A DNA stretch of 64,000 bases from the IMG/VR virus record IMGVR_UViG_3300009037_000004, positions 64,001 to 128,000 of that record; one strand, written 5' to 3'. Positions 20,350 to 29,496 of this stretch are shown here, in pieces (position 1 is the first letter of the stretch; each line of letters starts with the position of its first letter). Both the position numbers and the translations under genes were made by a program. Source of the stretch: a virus (Duplodnaviria; Caudoviricetes). A model generated the notes under the pieces. The model was not told where the DNA came from. It did no database searches and saw only the letters and a list, made by a program, of their open reading frames with translations.

Positions 20350-21260
20350 GGTGTTTCCTGTGTGAAGACAAAGGTCACATCAAATGACCCAGCGGTCGTA
20401 TTGGTGGCACACTTGAAGCTGAGTCCTTCGTTTGCACGTAGCACAATAGGTTTCAGCGGAGGTGCCACACGCCACACTGGACCCATCGTGAACAATCCCT
20501 GCGCCATACCTTCAACGTCCAACGTACCCGGCCCCCAATCGTCTGAAGAAACTCGCCGCGCAAACAACCCCGATGCCGCTTCACCGGCAACTGTCGCTCC
20601 AGTCAGAGCACTCAGACTTCCGCTCAAGGAGTCAGCAGTGTCATGTGGAAGTGGGGTCACCCCTGAACCGCCGGAGTGACCTGTGATCCGCCGACCTTCA
20701 AACAAGGCCACGACCCCGGTGATCGCCGTCGTGCTGGCGTTAGACAGCCAGATTTCCCTCACTCTGGCCACCACAGTGCTGCCAGATGCGTTGACGAGTG
20801 ACAGCAATGACTTGCCGTTGCCGAGCACAACGCCTTGCGCGGTTGCTATGAAAGTGGCTAGTTCAAACTCTTGGGCCTCTACACGCAATCGACGTATGGC
20901 AGCGTAGCTCAGAACATCCGCGACAGAAGTTCCATCCCAGACTTTCACTCGGCCGATACCGTTGTCTCCCTCCGGGAGGGAGTCCGTGATCTTCTTGATA
21001 CCAGCCGTGTCCCTGATAGCGGTCAGGATGGTCTCCAGCGAAGTGAGCTTCCCACTCTCCTTTGCTGGATCACTGGGGATGTTGTCTGTCTTGGCCTTGA
21101 TGGAAGCCAAGTTCCCATCCTCAGTCGCCGGATTGATCTGTGTTCCGCTCGCACTCAGCAACTTGCCGAGCATGGAGAGGCGATAGACACCACTGTCGGA
21201 GACGACAGAAACTGGGTTCCCACTGGCATCGTACAGGATGACAACTGGGCTCTTAGCCAT
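20346..21260 (-). CDS. Fibre/spike-like virion protein
   Basis: NPATE...LASI shaft motif and C-terminal beta-sandwich. Confidence 0.5.
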   Translation of the reverse strand: MAKSPVVILYDASGNPVSVVSDSGVYRLSMLGKLLSASGTQINPATEDGNLASIKAKTDNIPSDPAKESGKLTSLETILTAIRDTAGIKKITDSLPEGDNGIGRVKVWDGTSVADVLSYAAIRRLRVEAQEFELATFIATAQGVVLGNGKSLLSLVNASGSTVVARVREIWLSNASTTAITGVVALFEGRRITGHSGGSGVTPLPHDTADSLSGSLSALTGATVAGEAASGLFARRVSSDDWGPGTLDVEGMAQGLFTMGPVWRVAPPLKPIVLRANEGLSFKCATNTTAGSFDVTFVFTQETP

Positions 21261-21760
21261 CAGTACACCACGATCGCTCTGCTTCGACTGGTTTCGATGA
21301 CCCCAGTGTAACTGATAGTGTCCGTAGCGTCAGCAGCCGGACTCACTCCATCGACCTGATACACGATCCACTTCTCGGTGGCGAAGGTCTTGTTGGCGTT
21401 GTACGTCCCCTCCCACCGGCAGATCTTTTTGAGCTTGGCAGAGGTCTCGTACCAGGTTTCATCCGTAGGAAAGACGGTCCCCGTGTAGTTGGTCTCGCAG
21501 TAGAGAGGTCCCGCACCAAAGCCATCTCCAGGGGAATTGGTCTCGAGGAAATGGATCAACTGACGCAGAACAAGATGCTGTTCCGCAGTGATGCCTGAGC
21601 CACCAGTACGGGGATTGAACAGACCGAGGGCGTCCCGAAAGTGGAACTCGCCGTTGACGGACCTGACGGTACCTACTTCGTTGGCAGGCTCGTCCGCGCT
21701 GTCGATGAAAAAGATCTCATCGACACGCTCACCACGAACGCCGGTCCCATCGATCGGCAT
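21260..21760 (-). CDS. Virion-associated hypothetical protein
   Basis: 166-aa ORF, TGATG coupling. Confidence 0.6.
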   Translation of the reverse strand: MPIDGTGVRGERVDEIFFIDSADEPANEVGTVRSVNGEFHFRDALGLFNPRTGGSGITAEQHLVLRQLIHFLETNSPGDGFGAGPLYCETNYTGTVFPTDETWYETSAKLKKICRWEGTYNANKTFATEKWIVYQVDGVSPAADATDTISYTGVIETSRSRAIVVY

Positions 21761-22332
21761 CAGGCACGGCTCTTCCGCCCTCGCTTCTTGGGCTTCTCAG
21801 GAGGAGCTTCCGGAAGTTCGGGTGGGACCTCGGCAGCCTTGCGATCTACAGCCTTGCCATGCTCGAGCCGTGCAGCCTCACCTGCCGTACGGGGAGCCGT
21901 CAGCACTGCCTCCTCCCCCTTGGCCGCCAGCTCCATGAAGGTCTGGAGCTTCTGCGTCTCGTCATCCCGCATCTTCTGCACGATCTTCATGGCGTCCTGA
22001 AGACCTGCCGCGCGACCACCCTGTGCGACCGCCTTCTGCTGCTCCACGTCCGCCATGTGCCCCAGGTAGTCGCCCGCCCGAGTCAGCCACTGCTTGACGA
22101 TCTGCACCACGAGATGTGCCTCGAGACCGTCCTTGATTGCCTTCTCCCCCTCCTGGTCTGCCTCCAACTTGGCGATCAAGTCTGCTGGAACCTTCTTCGC
22201 CGCCTGCCGCAGGGCTTGTGCTGCACCTGCCAGCTCGCTCGCCGCTTTCTGTTCACCACCGAGACGGTCTTCCATGTCCGCCCCGAGGTTGTTCGCGACT
22301 GCGATCTTGAGCTGTGCCTTATCGAGGTTCAT
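21760..22332 (-). CDS. Helical hypothetical protein
   Basis: 190-aa Ala/Glu/Lys-rich ORF. Confidence 0.65.
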   Translation of the reverse strand: MNLDKAQLKIAVANNLGADMEDRLGGEQKAASELAGAAQALRQAAKKVPADLIAKLEADQEGEKAIKDGLEAHLVVQIVKQWLTRAGDYLGHMADVEQQKAVAQGGRAAGLQDAMKIVQKMRDDETQKLQTFMELAAKGEEAVLTAPRTAGEAARLEHGKAVDRKAAEVPPELPEAPPEKPKKRGRKSRA

Positions 22333-22353
22333 CGGCCCTACCTCAGAGGATTA

Positions 22354-22387
22354 CCCGCAGGACCCAGCGTCAACCAGGTCCTGCGGG
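22354..22387 (-). terminator. Hairpin downstream of 540-aa gene
   Basis: CCCGCAGGACC/GGTCCTGCGGG 11-bp inverted repeat. Confidence 0.4.
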
Positions 22388-22399
22388 GCGCGGGTTGTA

Positions 22400-24022
22400 C
22401 TAGCTACCCCAGACGATCATGCAGAGCTGGTCGGGCTTGGAACCGGTGCCCTTGAGCCCGAACTCGAACATGAGATCGCCGTTGGCGGGCGTGGTGCCCG
22501 GGTACACGTCGTGGTTGGCGGCAGCATTCGCCCCGTTGCGGAGCAGCTCGCCGTTGAGGTACACGTCCACGTCGTCCACGAACGTGCCGACCCCCGAGTA
22601 GTCCGGGAGCTGGGCGTCGAGGTTGGGGCTTCCACCAGCGCCAGTGACGTTGGTGTCGGCCGCGACGTCGGCCGTGAGGGCGGCGTACGCCTTGACCCGC
22701 GCGGCCTTGTGGCTGGCCTGCACGAGGGCGTTCATGAGCGAGACCTCGCCGAACTCCGTCTCGTAGTTGTCCCACTCGGCGGTGGTATCGGAGAGCTTGA
22801 CCGACGTGGCCGTCCAGGTGGAGCCCGTTCGGTTCACGTCGTCGAAGAGGATCTCCCCGCCCACGGAGTCGAGCTTCAGGTCTCCGGTGGCGCCAGTGGC
22901 CACGGTGAGAGCGCCGCCACTGTCGATTTGGTTGGCGGTGACACCGATCTGGATGGTGGTGCCCGCCGCGCCAGTGTCGATCTTGACGCCGTTGAGGAAG
23001 TCGGACTCGACCGCATCGACATCGAACTGATCGACGTCGTCCTCGACCGCGACCTTGCTGGTGCCGCCAGCCGAACCCTCGATGATCTGGAAGAGCACGG
23101 CCTCCAGGTCGTCTCGGATCTGCCACACCAGCCCCGCGCCCTCCAGGTCGAGGTACGAGCTGGTCGTGACATCGACCGGCGTCGTGCCCTGGTTGTCGTA
23201 GGCCACCTGTCGGGTCGGGGTGACCGCGCCACCACCGATGTCCGTGACCGCGCCCTTGAGGAAGTCGGCCTCGGTCAGGGCATCGAGAGACACACGCTCG
23301 CGTGTGGCGTAGTTGATGGTCTTGCCCGCGATGTCGGCGACCGGGCAAGCCTCGAGATCGTCGAACGTGGCGTTGGGCCGGACGAACGAGATCTGCGCCC
23401 TGACCGGGGTGGTCCCCGTCATCGTGTGTCCATCGGTTGCGGTTTCCGACTGGATGAGACCCCAGACTTGACGACCGTCCGAGAGGACAGGATCGCCAGT
23501 GGCGGCGTCCACGATGGTGAGCAGGTTCTTCGGGTTCAGGGCGTGTGGGCCAGCGACTTCGTCCAGGGAGTGCGTGCCGAACGTGCCCGCGTGGTGAGCG
23601 ACGACCGTACCCTTGGTCGTGACTGCACCAACGGCTGCCGTGGTGTTAGAAGGCAGCTCACCGAGAGCCAGAATCTCCCAGTTCTGCGCGGCGGTCACAC
23701 TGACGTCGATGCCGACACGGAAGACGTCACGCAGAACACGCTTCTTCTCGATCGCGTGCAGCGCGGCGTTGGTCGCGTCGATGCCTCGGATGGTGCCGTT
23801 CTCGAGTGCGGTCGGCTGGGTCAGATCGCTGTACCAGTTGCCCGAGGGGAAGCTGGCCCCGTTGCGGTTCAGGAAGTTCTGGATCTGAGACCGCAAATGG
23901 TTGAGGTTGTCCTCGACGTTTGCCGGATTGGTCTCGTACGCGGCGAGGGTCGGGGCGATCGTATCGTCGTATGTATTGGACGGTGCGATCTGTGCATCCT
24001 GACGAATGAAAGTACGTCCCAT
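22400..24022 (-). CDS. Virion structural protein, probably abundant
   Basis: 540 aa, very strong GC3 bias; C-terminal VYLNGE motif shared with 24032..24325. Confidence 0.65.
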   Translation of the reverse strand: MGRTFIRQDAQIAPSNTYDDTIAPTLAAYETNPANVEDNLNHLRSQIQNFLNRNGASFPSGNWYSDLTQPTALENGTIRGIDATNAALHAIEKKRVLRDVFRVGIDVSVTAAQNWEILALGELPSNTTAAVGAVTTKGTVVAHHAGTFGTHSLDEVAGPHALNPKNLLTIVDAATGDPVLSDGRQVWGLIQSETATDGHTMTGTTPVRAQISFVRPNATFDDLEACPVADIAGKTINYATRERVSLDALTEADFLKGAVTDIGGGAVTPTRQVAYDNQGTTPVDVTTSSYLDLEGAGLVWQIRDDLEAVLFQIIEGSAGGTSKVAVEDDVDQFDVDAVESDFLNGVKIDTGAAGTTIQIGVTANQIDSGGALTVATGATGDLKLDSVGGEILFDDVNRTGSTWTATSVKLSDTTAEWDNYETEFGEVSLMNALVQASHKAARVKAYAALTADVAADTNVTGAGGSPNLDAQLPDYSGVGTFVDDVDVYLNGELLRNGANAAANHDVYPGTTPANGDLMFEFGLKGTGSKPDQLCMIVWGS

Positions 24023-24031
24023 TTCTTTCTC

Positions 24032-24325
24032 CTACGGGGTGTGGTAATCCGCGATCAGCTTCTCATGATCTCTGGGCGGTATGGCCACCACTATGGTATC
24101 GTACCCTGTTCCCGGTCCGCCACTCTCCGATACCACGTAGTCATTCGAAACACCAAAGTGCAACCGCTGACCGTTCCGGTAGACCTTGATGTTCATGTTC
24201 GTGCCCTGCACAAATGGCTCTGGCGTTGTGAAATCCTGGTTCGACCCGTCATAAATCCCTAGAAGGGCAACTCCCTCGCGCACCTTCTCCGCAAAAGGAT
24301 CTCGTTTTCTGACAGTGACGGCCAT
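24032..24325 (-). CDS. Small VY.NG-domain virion protein
   Basis: VYRNGQRL...NDY, similar to C-terminus of adjacent gene. Confidence 0.6.
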   Translation of the reverse strand: MAVTVRKRDPFAEKVREGVALLGIYDGSNQDFTTPEPFVQGTNMNIKVYRNGQRLHFGVSNDYVVSESGGPGTGYDTIVVAIPPRDHEKLIADYHTP

Positions 24326-24370
24326 TCCATTTCCACAAGTGTAAGAGACGATACGCAGTCCTGGGAAGAC

Positions 24371-24694
24371 CTATCCCGACTTCGTGGCGTCCTCTATCAC
24401 ACACAGCCCTTTCGCGGGGTCTACGAGGCGTAGGTTACGATCGCCTACCACCCCCAGCTTCTTGAACACCTCCTCCAAAATCTTTCCCTCCTCCGCCTCT
24501 AACTGCCTCTCCTCCCTCCGCAGATCTAGGAGAGACAACTCCAGATTCTGCCGCCTAGCCATGTTGAGCTTCTTCTTCACCGACATGAGCTCGAACCTCA
24601 TCAGCGTCACCTGATCGAGCTGGACGATGTGCGGCTTGGGGGCCTCCTCGATCGGTTCGACCTTCGGAATCTCATCGGTCATCTGGTCCTCCAC
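24371..24694 (-). CDS. Coiled-coil hypothetical protein
   Basis: 107-aa ORF. Confidence 0.6.
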   Translation of the reverse strand: MEDQMTDEIPKVEPIEEAPKPHIVQLDQVTLMRFELMSVKKKLNMARRQNLELSLLDLRREERQLEAEEGKILEEVFKKLGVVGDRNLRLVDPAKGLCVIEDATKSG

Positions 24695-24924
24695 TAACCA
24701 GTCAAAAACTGGTCGATCTCGTCTACGACCAGCGTGCTGGCATCCGACACATTCTGGTCGGTCAGCCTGCCGGCGCCGGTCCGGCCTTTCAAGATGGACT
24801 TGAGGAACTCAGCCTCATCCTCAAGTCTCGCGATCTCCTTGTCCGCCCATTCCTCAACCGCCTCTTTCAAGGCGTCCAGTCGGGCATCACGAGCTGTGGT
24901 TGTCGCGTCAGTTGAGTCGGCCAT
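24694..24924 (-). CDS. Hypothetical protein
   Basis: 76-aa acidic ORF. Confidence 0.65.
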   Translation of the reverse strand: MADSTDATTTARDARLDALKEAVEEWADKEIARLEDEAEFLKSILKGRTGAGRLTDQNVSDASTLVVDEIDQFLTG

Positions 24925-24927
24925 GGC

Positions 24928-25698
24928 TCACTTCGTGTACTGATCGTACTTCTCTGCGATGGCTTTCTTCAAGCGAGAAACTTTCGGTGCGCTCATCCCC
25001 AGAGTCCTGGCAATCTGACCAGGTTCCAGCTTGGGCTTTCCCCCGATCCCATGGATGTACTCGAACACTTGCCGCTCTTCCGGGTTGAGATCGTAGGGGA
25101 GTAGCCGGATGATTTCCTGATGCCTGGACGGGGAGAATGAGGCCGGGTCGTGTTCAAACTGGCTGAAGGGCCTGGCCTGACGAATCTCCCGCTGGAGTAC
25201 ATCTACTTGCCGAGGGCTCCACTTGAGATGGTCGGCAAGCTCGAGCTGGGTAGGTGGCCGCCCAAATTGCTCATCCAAGACCTGGGTTGCGTCCTTGAAT
25301 TCCTGGATGCGATAGACCCTATTCTCCGGAATCCTGGCGGGGTTCTGATAAGTCGTGATGAACCGCGGGGCCTTCTTGAGCTGATGCCTGATGTGTGTTC
25401 CCAGCCCCGCTCCCCGCTCGGGATTGTAGGTCTGGAGCGCCTTCACGCACTGGTTGGTGAACTCAGCTCGGATAGCAGCGGGAGGAACGTCTCGCACCCT
25501 CCCAGCCCAGATGTTTGCCTGGTGGCTGATGAGTGGCTTGAAGGACTGGATCAAAGGCTTGAGCTGATGCGGCTGCATCCCCCCGTCCTTCCAGGTCTGC
25601 CACATCTCATGTTCTTTCTGCTGCTTCGACCGCAGATCATCGGCGGCCTGTTTCTGAAGACCATCTACCAGCGTGAGGAACTCGTCCAGGGGATTCAT
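24928..25698 (-). CDS. Phage sigma-70 family RNA polymerase sigma factor
   Basis: Region 2 (KALQTYNPERGAGLGTH), region 3 (RIPE...GRPPTQLELADHL), region 4 HTH (LNPEERQV...IARTLGMSAPKVSRL). Confidence 0.85.
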   Translation of the reverse strand: MNPLDEFLTLVDGLQKQAADDLRSKQQKEHEMWQTWKDGGMQPHQLKPLIQSFKPLISHQANIWAGRVRDVPPAAIRAEFTNQCVKALQTYNPERGAGLGTHIRHQLKKAPRFITTYQNPARIPENRVYRIQEFKDATQVLDEQFGRPPTQLELADHLKWSPRQVDVLQREIRQARPFSQFEHDPASFSPSRHQEIIRLLPYDLNPEERQVFEYIHGIGGKPKLEPGQIARTLGMSAPKVSRLKKAIAEKYDQYTK

Positions 25699-25701
25699 GC
25701 G

Positions 25702-25935
25702 CTACCTGGGGAGCGTGGCGTGTTGTTTGATCGAGGGCCCAAGCCCGGTGAGATGCTTCGGCTCGGTCTTGTTCAGGAACTTGCCGGGCTTCATCGAGTT
25801 GTTAAGCTGCTTGAAGGCGAACCCCTTGCTGTCCTCCGTGGGGGGGTTCATGAGTTTGACGCCTGGGGTCTTCATCCGTAGGTCTCCGCCCAGTGCGGCT
25901 ATCTTCGTGATTTCATCCCAAAAGGCGTCCCACAT
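25702..25935 (-). CDS. Small DE.xKIA-motif protein
   Basis: MWDAFWDEITKIAA. Confidence 0.65.
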   Translation of the reverse strand: MWDAFWDEITKIAALGGDLRMKTPGVKLMNPPTEDSKGFAFKQLNNSMKPGKFLNKTEPKHLTGLGPSIKQHATLPR

Positions 25936-26189
25936 CAGCCTTTTCCTTCTCCCGGAGACTCGACCATGCCCGGCCCACCCTCGACTTCGTAGTCCTTGAC
26001 CCCCTCCAGCTCACCCTCGGTCACCGGCGTCTTTTCGTCCGGCGGGGTCTTGTTGGCGTTCCGAGCGATGAGGTTCTGGGCCCGGATTGGTCTCCGCCCA
26101 GCACGGGACTGCATGAAGGAAGACATCCGCACGGAAACAGCGATTTTCTCGAGCTCGTCAAAGAGCCCAGTGAGACGATCCATGGGCAT
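25935..26189 (-). CDS. Small DELEKIA-motif protein
   Basis: Start reassigned to MPMDRLTGLFDELEKIA with GGAGG RBS. Confidence 0.65.
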   Translation of the reverse strand: MPMDRLTGLFDELEKIAVSVRMSSFMQSRAGRRPIRAQNLIARNANKTPPDEKTPVTEGELEGVKDYEVEGGPGMVESPGEGKG

Positions 26190-26208
26190 GAGTCTACCTC
26201 CGAGAGGG

Positions 26209-29200
26209 CTACCCAAGCAACGCCTTGTAATCTGTGATCTCAGAGACGTAGGCCCACACAGCCTGTCGCCGACGTTGCCGGACATCCAGTTTCTTGGCCG
26301 TGGCCTGAGACTTGTCCTTGCTGAGACCGAGCACCTTCTTCACCTTCGCATCCACTAGCCCGAACAGGTCGGCCACGTCCCCAAAGGCTCGACTGTGGAA
26401 ACCCTCGGTTCCGGTCGTCGTGTAGTTCCCCGAACCGGCTGGATCTTCCGTGACCGTGAAGTCGGTGGAGCCCAAGATCTGAGCCATAGTAGCTACCGGC
26501 CGCCAGGTGTAGTTTCTGATGAACTCCCCCACGTCCAGACCGTAGTGCTTGAGGTAGCTGTAGATCCTGACGAGGTAGTCCACTGAGGCTTCGATCGTCC
26601 GTTCCTTCTCCACTGTCACCAAAGCTGCGGCCCAGATCTTCTTCTGCGCTTGGGATGCTGAATCGTCTTCATGCTCCGAGTCAGTGGTATTGGCAAGTGC
26701 CGTATTGGCCCCGATGAACGAGCCGCTCTTCTGCTCCCCCTCCACCTGGATCTCATCCGAGGTTCGATCCAGATACTCGTCAAGACTCTCAGTCTCCACA
26801 GTCATGGTTCCTTGAGAGATTCCCTCTTGCACCTCCAAGAGAGAGGTCAACTGATCTGCGGTCCCGATAGCTTCAATATCCGTGATCGAATCGATGCCGA
26901 AGAACTGCTGGTAAGTCTCCCCGATCTTGAGGTTCATCCAGCCGTCCCAGATCCATGGGGGTTGGATGGCGTACTCGATCGGGACATCTACGTTTGCCTT
27001 CTCCCGCCGAGTGTATTCCTCCAAGACCTCGTAGGCCATATAGACGGACGTTGTCTGATGCAATGGACCAGAAGTGTACGGCCCGTAAGCGAGCTGGAAG
27101 GTACTCTGAGTGCCCATATCCAGACGTTTCGAGGTGCCAGGAACCGGATTTCCGACAATCACCTTTCCCGTTCCGTAGAGCAGCTTGATATGCCGGCCAG
27201 CGTATGACTTGGAAACGTCCTTAGAGGAGGTGATCTTCCCTCCCATCGGCCCTCGCCCGCCCACCTTCGGTAGAGAATCGGAAGACACGGCCCCCACCGT
27301 CTTTCTCTTCGCGCTGCGCGACCCCACTTTCCGACTGACGACGGCCTTGTCCACACCCAGGAACTCGGTGTCCTCTCGATGGATGCGAGCCTGTTCAAAA
27401 GCGTACTGGGTGTTGCCGCCCTGCTGGTTGAGCGTATGCGTGATCTGTGTGCAGCATCCAAAGTACTGGGTAGGAACGATCAGGCGAAGGAGGTCCGATC
27501 GTGTCACTTCACTACCGCTGCTGGCAGCGATGCTCTTGCCCTTTTTCTTCAGCTCTTCCTGCTGTGTCTCCACCGGTTGGTTGGTGAGGGCGAGATCATC
27601 AGCCGTCAACGGACGATCGATGAGTACCGCAGGGAAGCCTGGCACGAACCAAGGATTGAAGCGCCCCTCAGCGGACATCTGCCGGCTGGAGAAGCGATGC
27701 TTGAAGTACTGGTGGTTGACTGACCTCTGAGCGTAGCTGACCTTCGCCCCCTTGTAGGAAACCTTGCTGCTCTTCATGGCGAAGAGGTTGGCCTCCGAGA
27801 GCTTCTCGTACATCGGGATGATCCCGGTCAGAAGCTCATGGTTCAAGATCAACTGACTGAAACGCCGGTTGCTCAACTTCAGCCCCGACCGCATGTCCTT
27901 GACGTTGGGGGCGTAGTACCTACCGTTGAAGAGGGCATCGTCCCCCAAGATCTCATTCGTGGTCTGGAGCTCCATCCGGGAGACTTCGCGGAGGAAGTTC
28001 CGGCTCCACTGAAAGCTCTGGTACAGCTCGGGGAAGAGGACGTTACACCTGGGGGCAGGGACGAACCAGATGTCCGGGCGCAAGATCTGATTGTTCACCC
28101 GCTCGAGCTTATCTAGCGTGTAATCACGCTGGTGTTTGATCCTTGTGCCCAGGATGATGTCACAGCCTGCGATAGCACCATCGAGGTAGACTCCAGTTGC
28201 AGTCCGCTTGGCCATGTCTCCCAGCGCGGCGGAGTCTCTTCCTCGACTGATGACATTGGAGCCAGCGATGAAGTTCGAGGAGACGGACTTGTAGGTGGAG
28301 GAGAGCCCAGCCACTTTTGGCACACCACCCGAATTCAAACCTTGAACGATCGTGAGGGCCTTGTCCAGATCATTACGCAATGCGGTGGCCGTAGCTGAGC
28401 TCGAGATGGTCTTGGCTGTCGTCTGCTTGGGGAGCTTCCCTGTCGTGATGTACCTCCCCAAATCCTTCAAACCCTTGACCGTCTCCTTGAGCGAAGACGG
28501 TTGCTGTTGTTGAGCATCACTCACCGAAGCTGGGTAGTTGGTCAGATTGTTCTTCGCGGACATGAGGAGCGCGCGAAGCTCCTTGATCTTCTTCACGAAG
28601 TCTTGGCAGCTCGGGTCTTTTGCCAGATCTGTGGCCCAAGTCTTGGTCTTCTTGATCCCAACCTCGGCTTCCTGGTACTTGGCCACCGGGCAAGGGAAGA
28701 TGGTGTGGAAGACGAACTGCTGCATGATCTGAACTACACCGCGGAACGTCACCAGCTTGCCCAGTGACCCCATCTGCCGGTTCATCCACATGTTGAAGGT
28801 CTTGCGGGCGAAGAGCTTGGCTGTGCTGGAGTCCTTCTCTGCCGCCACGATCTGCTGCAAGATCTTCAGCCGCAGCTCGGCGATGGAGGTGAAGAGGCTG
28901 GCCCCCTTGAACGTAGTCTCTCCGTAGTAGCAACCCCCGATGGCCTCAAGGCATCGAACCACGCCGGCGAGGAGACCCTTGAGCTCTGGGAAGTTGACAG
29001 ACTTGCTGTTGGCCAACATTGCGAACGTGCCCACGCCATGCCCCAGCGGGGAATTGAACATGGTCGTGTTGGCGCCAATGAAGGCCGCCTGCTGTCTGCC
29101 GCCCAGCAGCTCTCCCCCAAAGTTGTACTGGTAGGTCGTGTCCCAGTAGTTCGAGAGGTCTACGCACTGGAGCACAGCCGCTCTTGATCCAGTGTCCTTC

Positions 29201-29496
29201 TGGAAAGCGATCCCTTGGACCTCGCCCATGAAGAGGAGCTTGTACTTGGCGTTGAACTCCTCCTGGGCACTTGAGTAGGTCGTGGTCGAACTCAAAGGAT
29301 AGGCGGCATCCACGAAGTCGTAGAAGAAGAGGTGCACGAGCGTCCGAGGTAGGAGCTCCAAGACCTTGTCAGTGGCCACGACCTGGATGGACGCGGCCAC
29401 CGGCGTGTCCTGCGCGATGCTGATCGAGACTCCGATGACAGGGCACTCGACGCCCTCCAGGAAAAGCCGCAATCCTAGCTGGTGACCAATCGTCAT
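26209..29496 (-). CDS. Large tail/baseplate hub-like protein
   Basis: 1095 aa, downstream of tape measure; N-terminal LRLFLEGVECPV...GEV...LQCVD typical of hub proteins. Confidence 0.5.
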   Translation of the reverse strand: MTIGHQLGLRLFLEGVECPVIGVSISIAQDTPVAASIQVVATDKVLELLPRTLVHLFFYDFVDAAYPLSSTTTYSSAQEEFNAKYKLLFMGEVQGIAFQKDTGSRAAVLQCVDLSNYWDTTYQYNFGGELLGGRQQAAFIGANTTMFNSPLGHGVGTFAMLANSKSVNFPELKGLLAGVVRCLEAIGGCYYGETTFKGASLFTSIAELRLKILQQIVAAEKDSSTAKLFARKTFNMWMNRQMGSLGKLVTFRGVVQIMQQFVFHTIFPCPVAKYQEAEVGIKKTKTWATDLAKDPSCQDFVKKIKELRALLMSAKNNLTNYPASVSDAQQQQPSSLKETVKGLKDLGRYITTGKLPKQTTAKTISSSATATALRNDLDKALTIVQGLNSGGVPKVAGLSSTYKSVSSNFIAGSNVISRGRDSAALGDMAKRTATGVYLDGAIAGCDIILGTRIKHQRDYTLDKLERVNNQILRPDIWFVPAPRCNVLFPELYQSFQWSRNFLREVSRMELQTTNEILGDDALFNGRYYAPNVKDMRSGLKLSNRRFSQLILNHELLTGIIPMYEKLSEANLFAMKSSKVSYKGAKVSYAQRSVNHQYFKHRFSSRQMSAEGRFNPWFVPGFPAVLIDRPLTADDLALTNQPVETQQEELKKKGKSIAASSGSEVTRSDLLRLIVPTQYFGCCTQITHTLNQQGGNTQYAFEQARIHREDTEFLGVDKAVVSRKVGSRSAKRKTVGAVSSDSLPKVGGRGPMGGKITSSKDVSKSYAGRHIKLLYGTGKVIVGNPVPGTSKRLDMGTQSTFQLAYGPYTSGPLHQTTSVYMAYEVLEEYTRREKANVDVPIEYAIQPPWIWDGWMNLKIGETYQQFFGIDSITDIEAIGTADQLTSLLEVQEGISQGTMTVETESLDEYLDRTSDEIQVEGEQKSGSFIGANTALANTTDSEHEDDSASQAQKKIWAAALVTVEKERTIEASVDYLVRIYSYLKHYGLDVGEFIRNYTWRPVATMAQILGSTDFTVTEDPAGSGNYTTTGTEGFHSRAFGDVADLFGLVDAKVKKVLGLSKDKSQATAKKLDVRQRRRQAVWAYVSEITDYKALLG

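Noticed and set aside
22094-24262. 722-aa plus-strand ORF and many similar antisense ORFs
   Set aside because: Shadows of high-GC3 minus-strand genes; no RBS or recognisable motifs.
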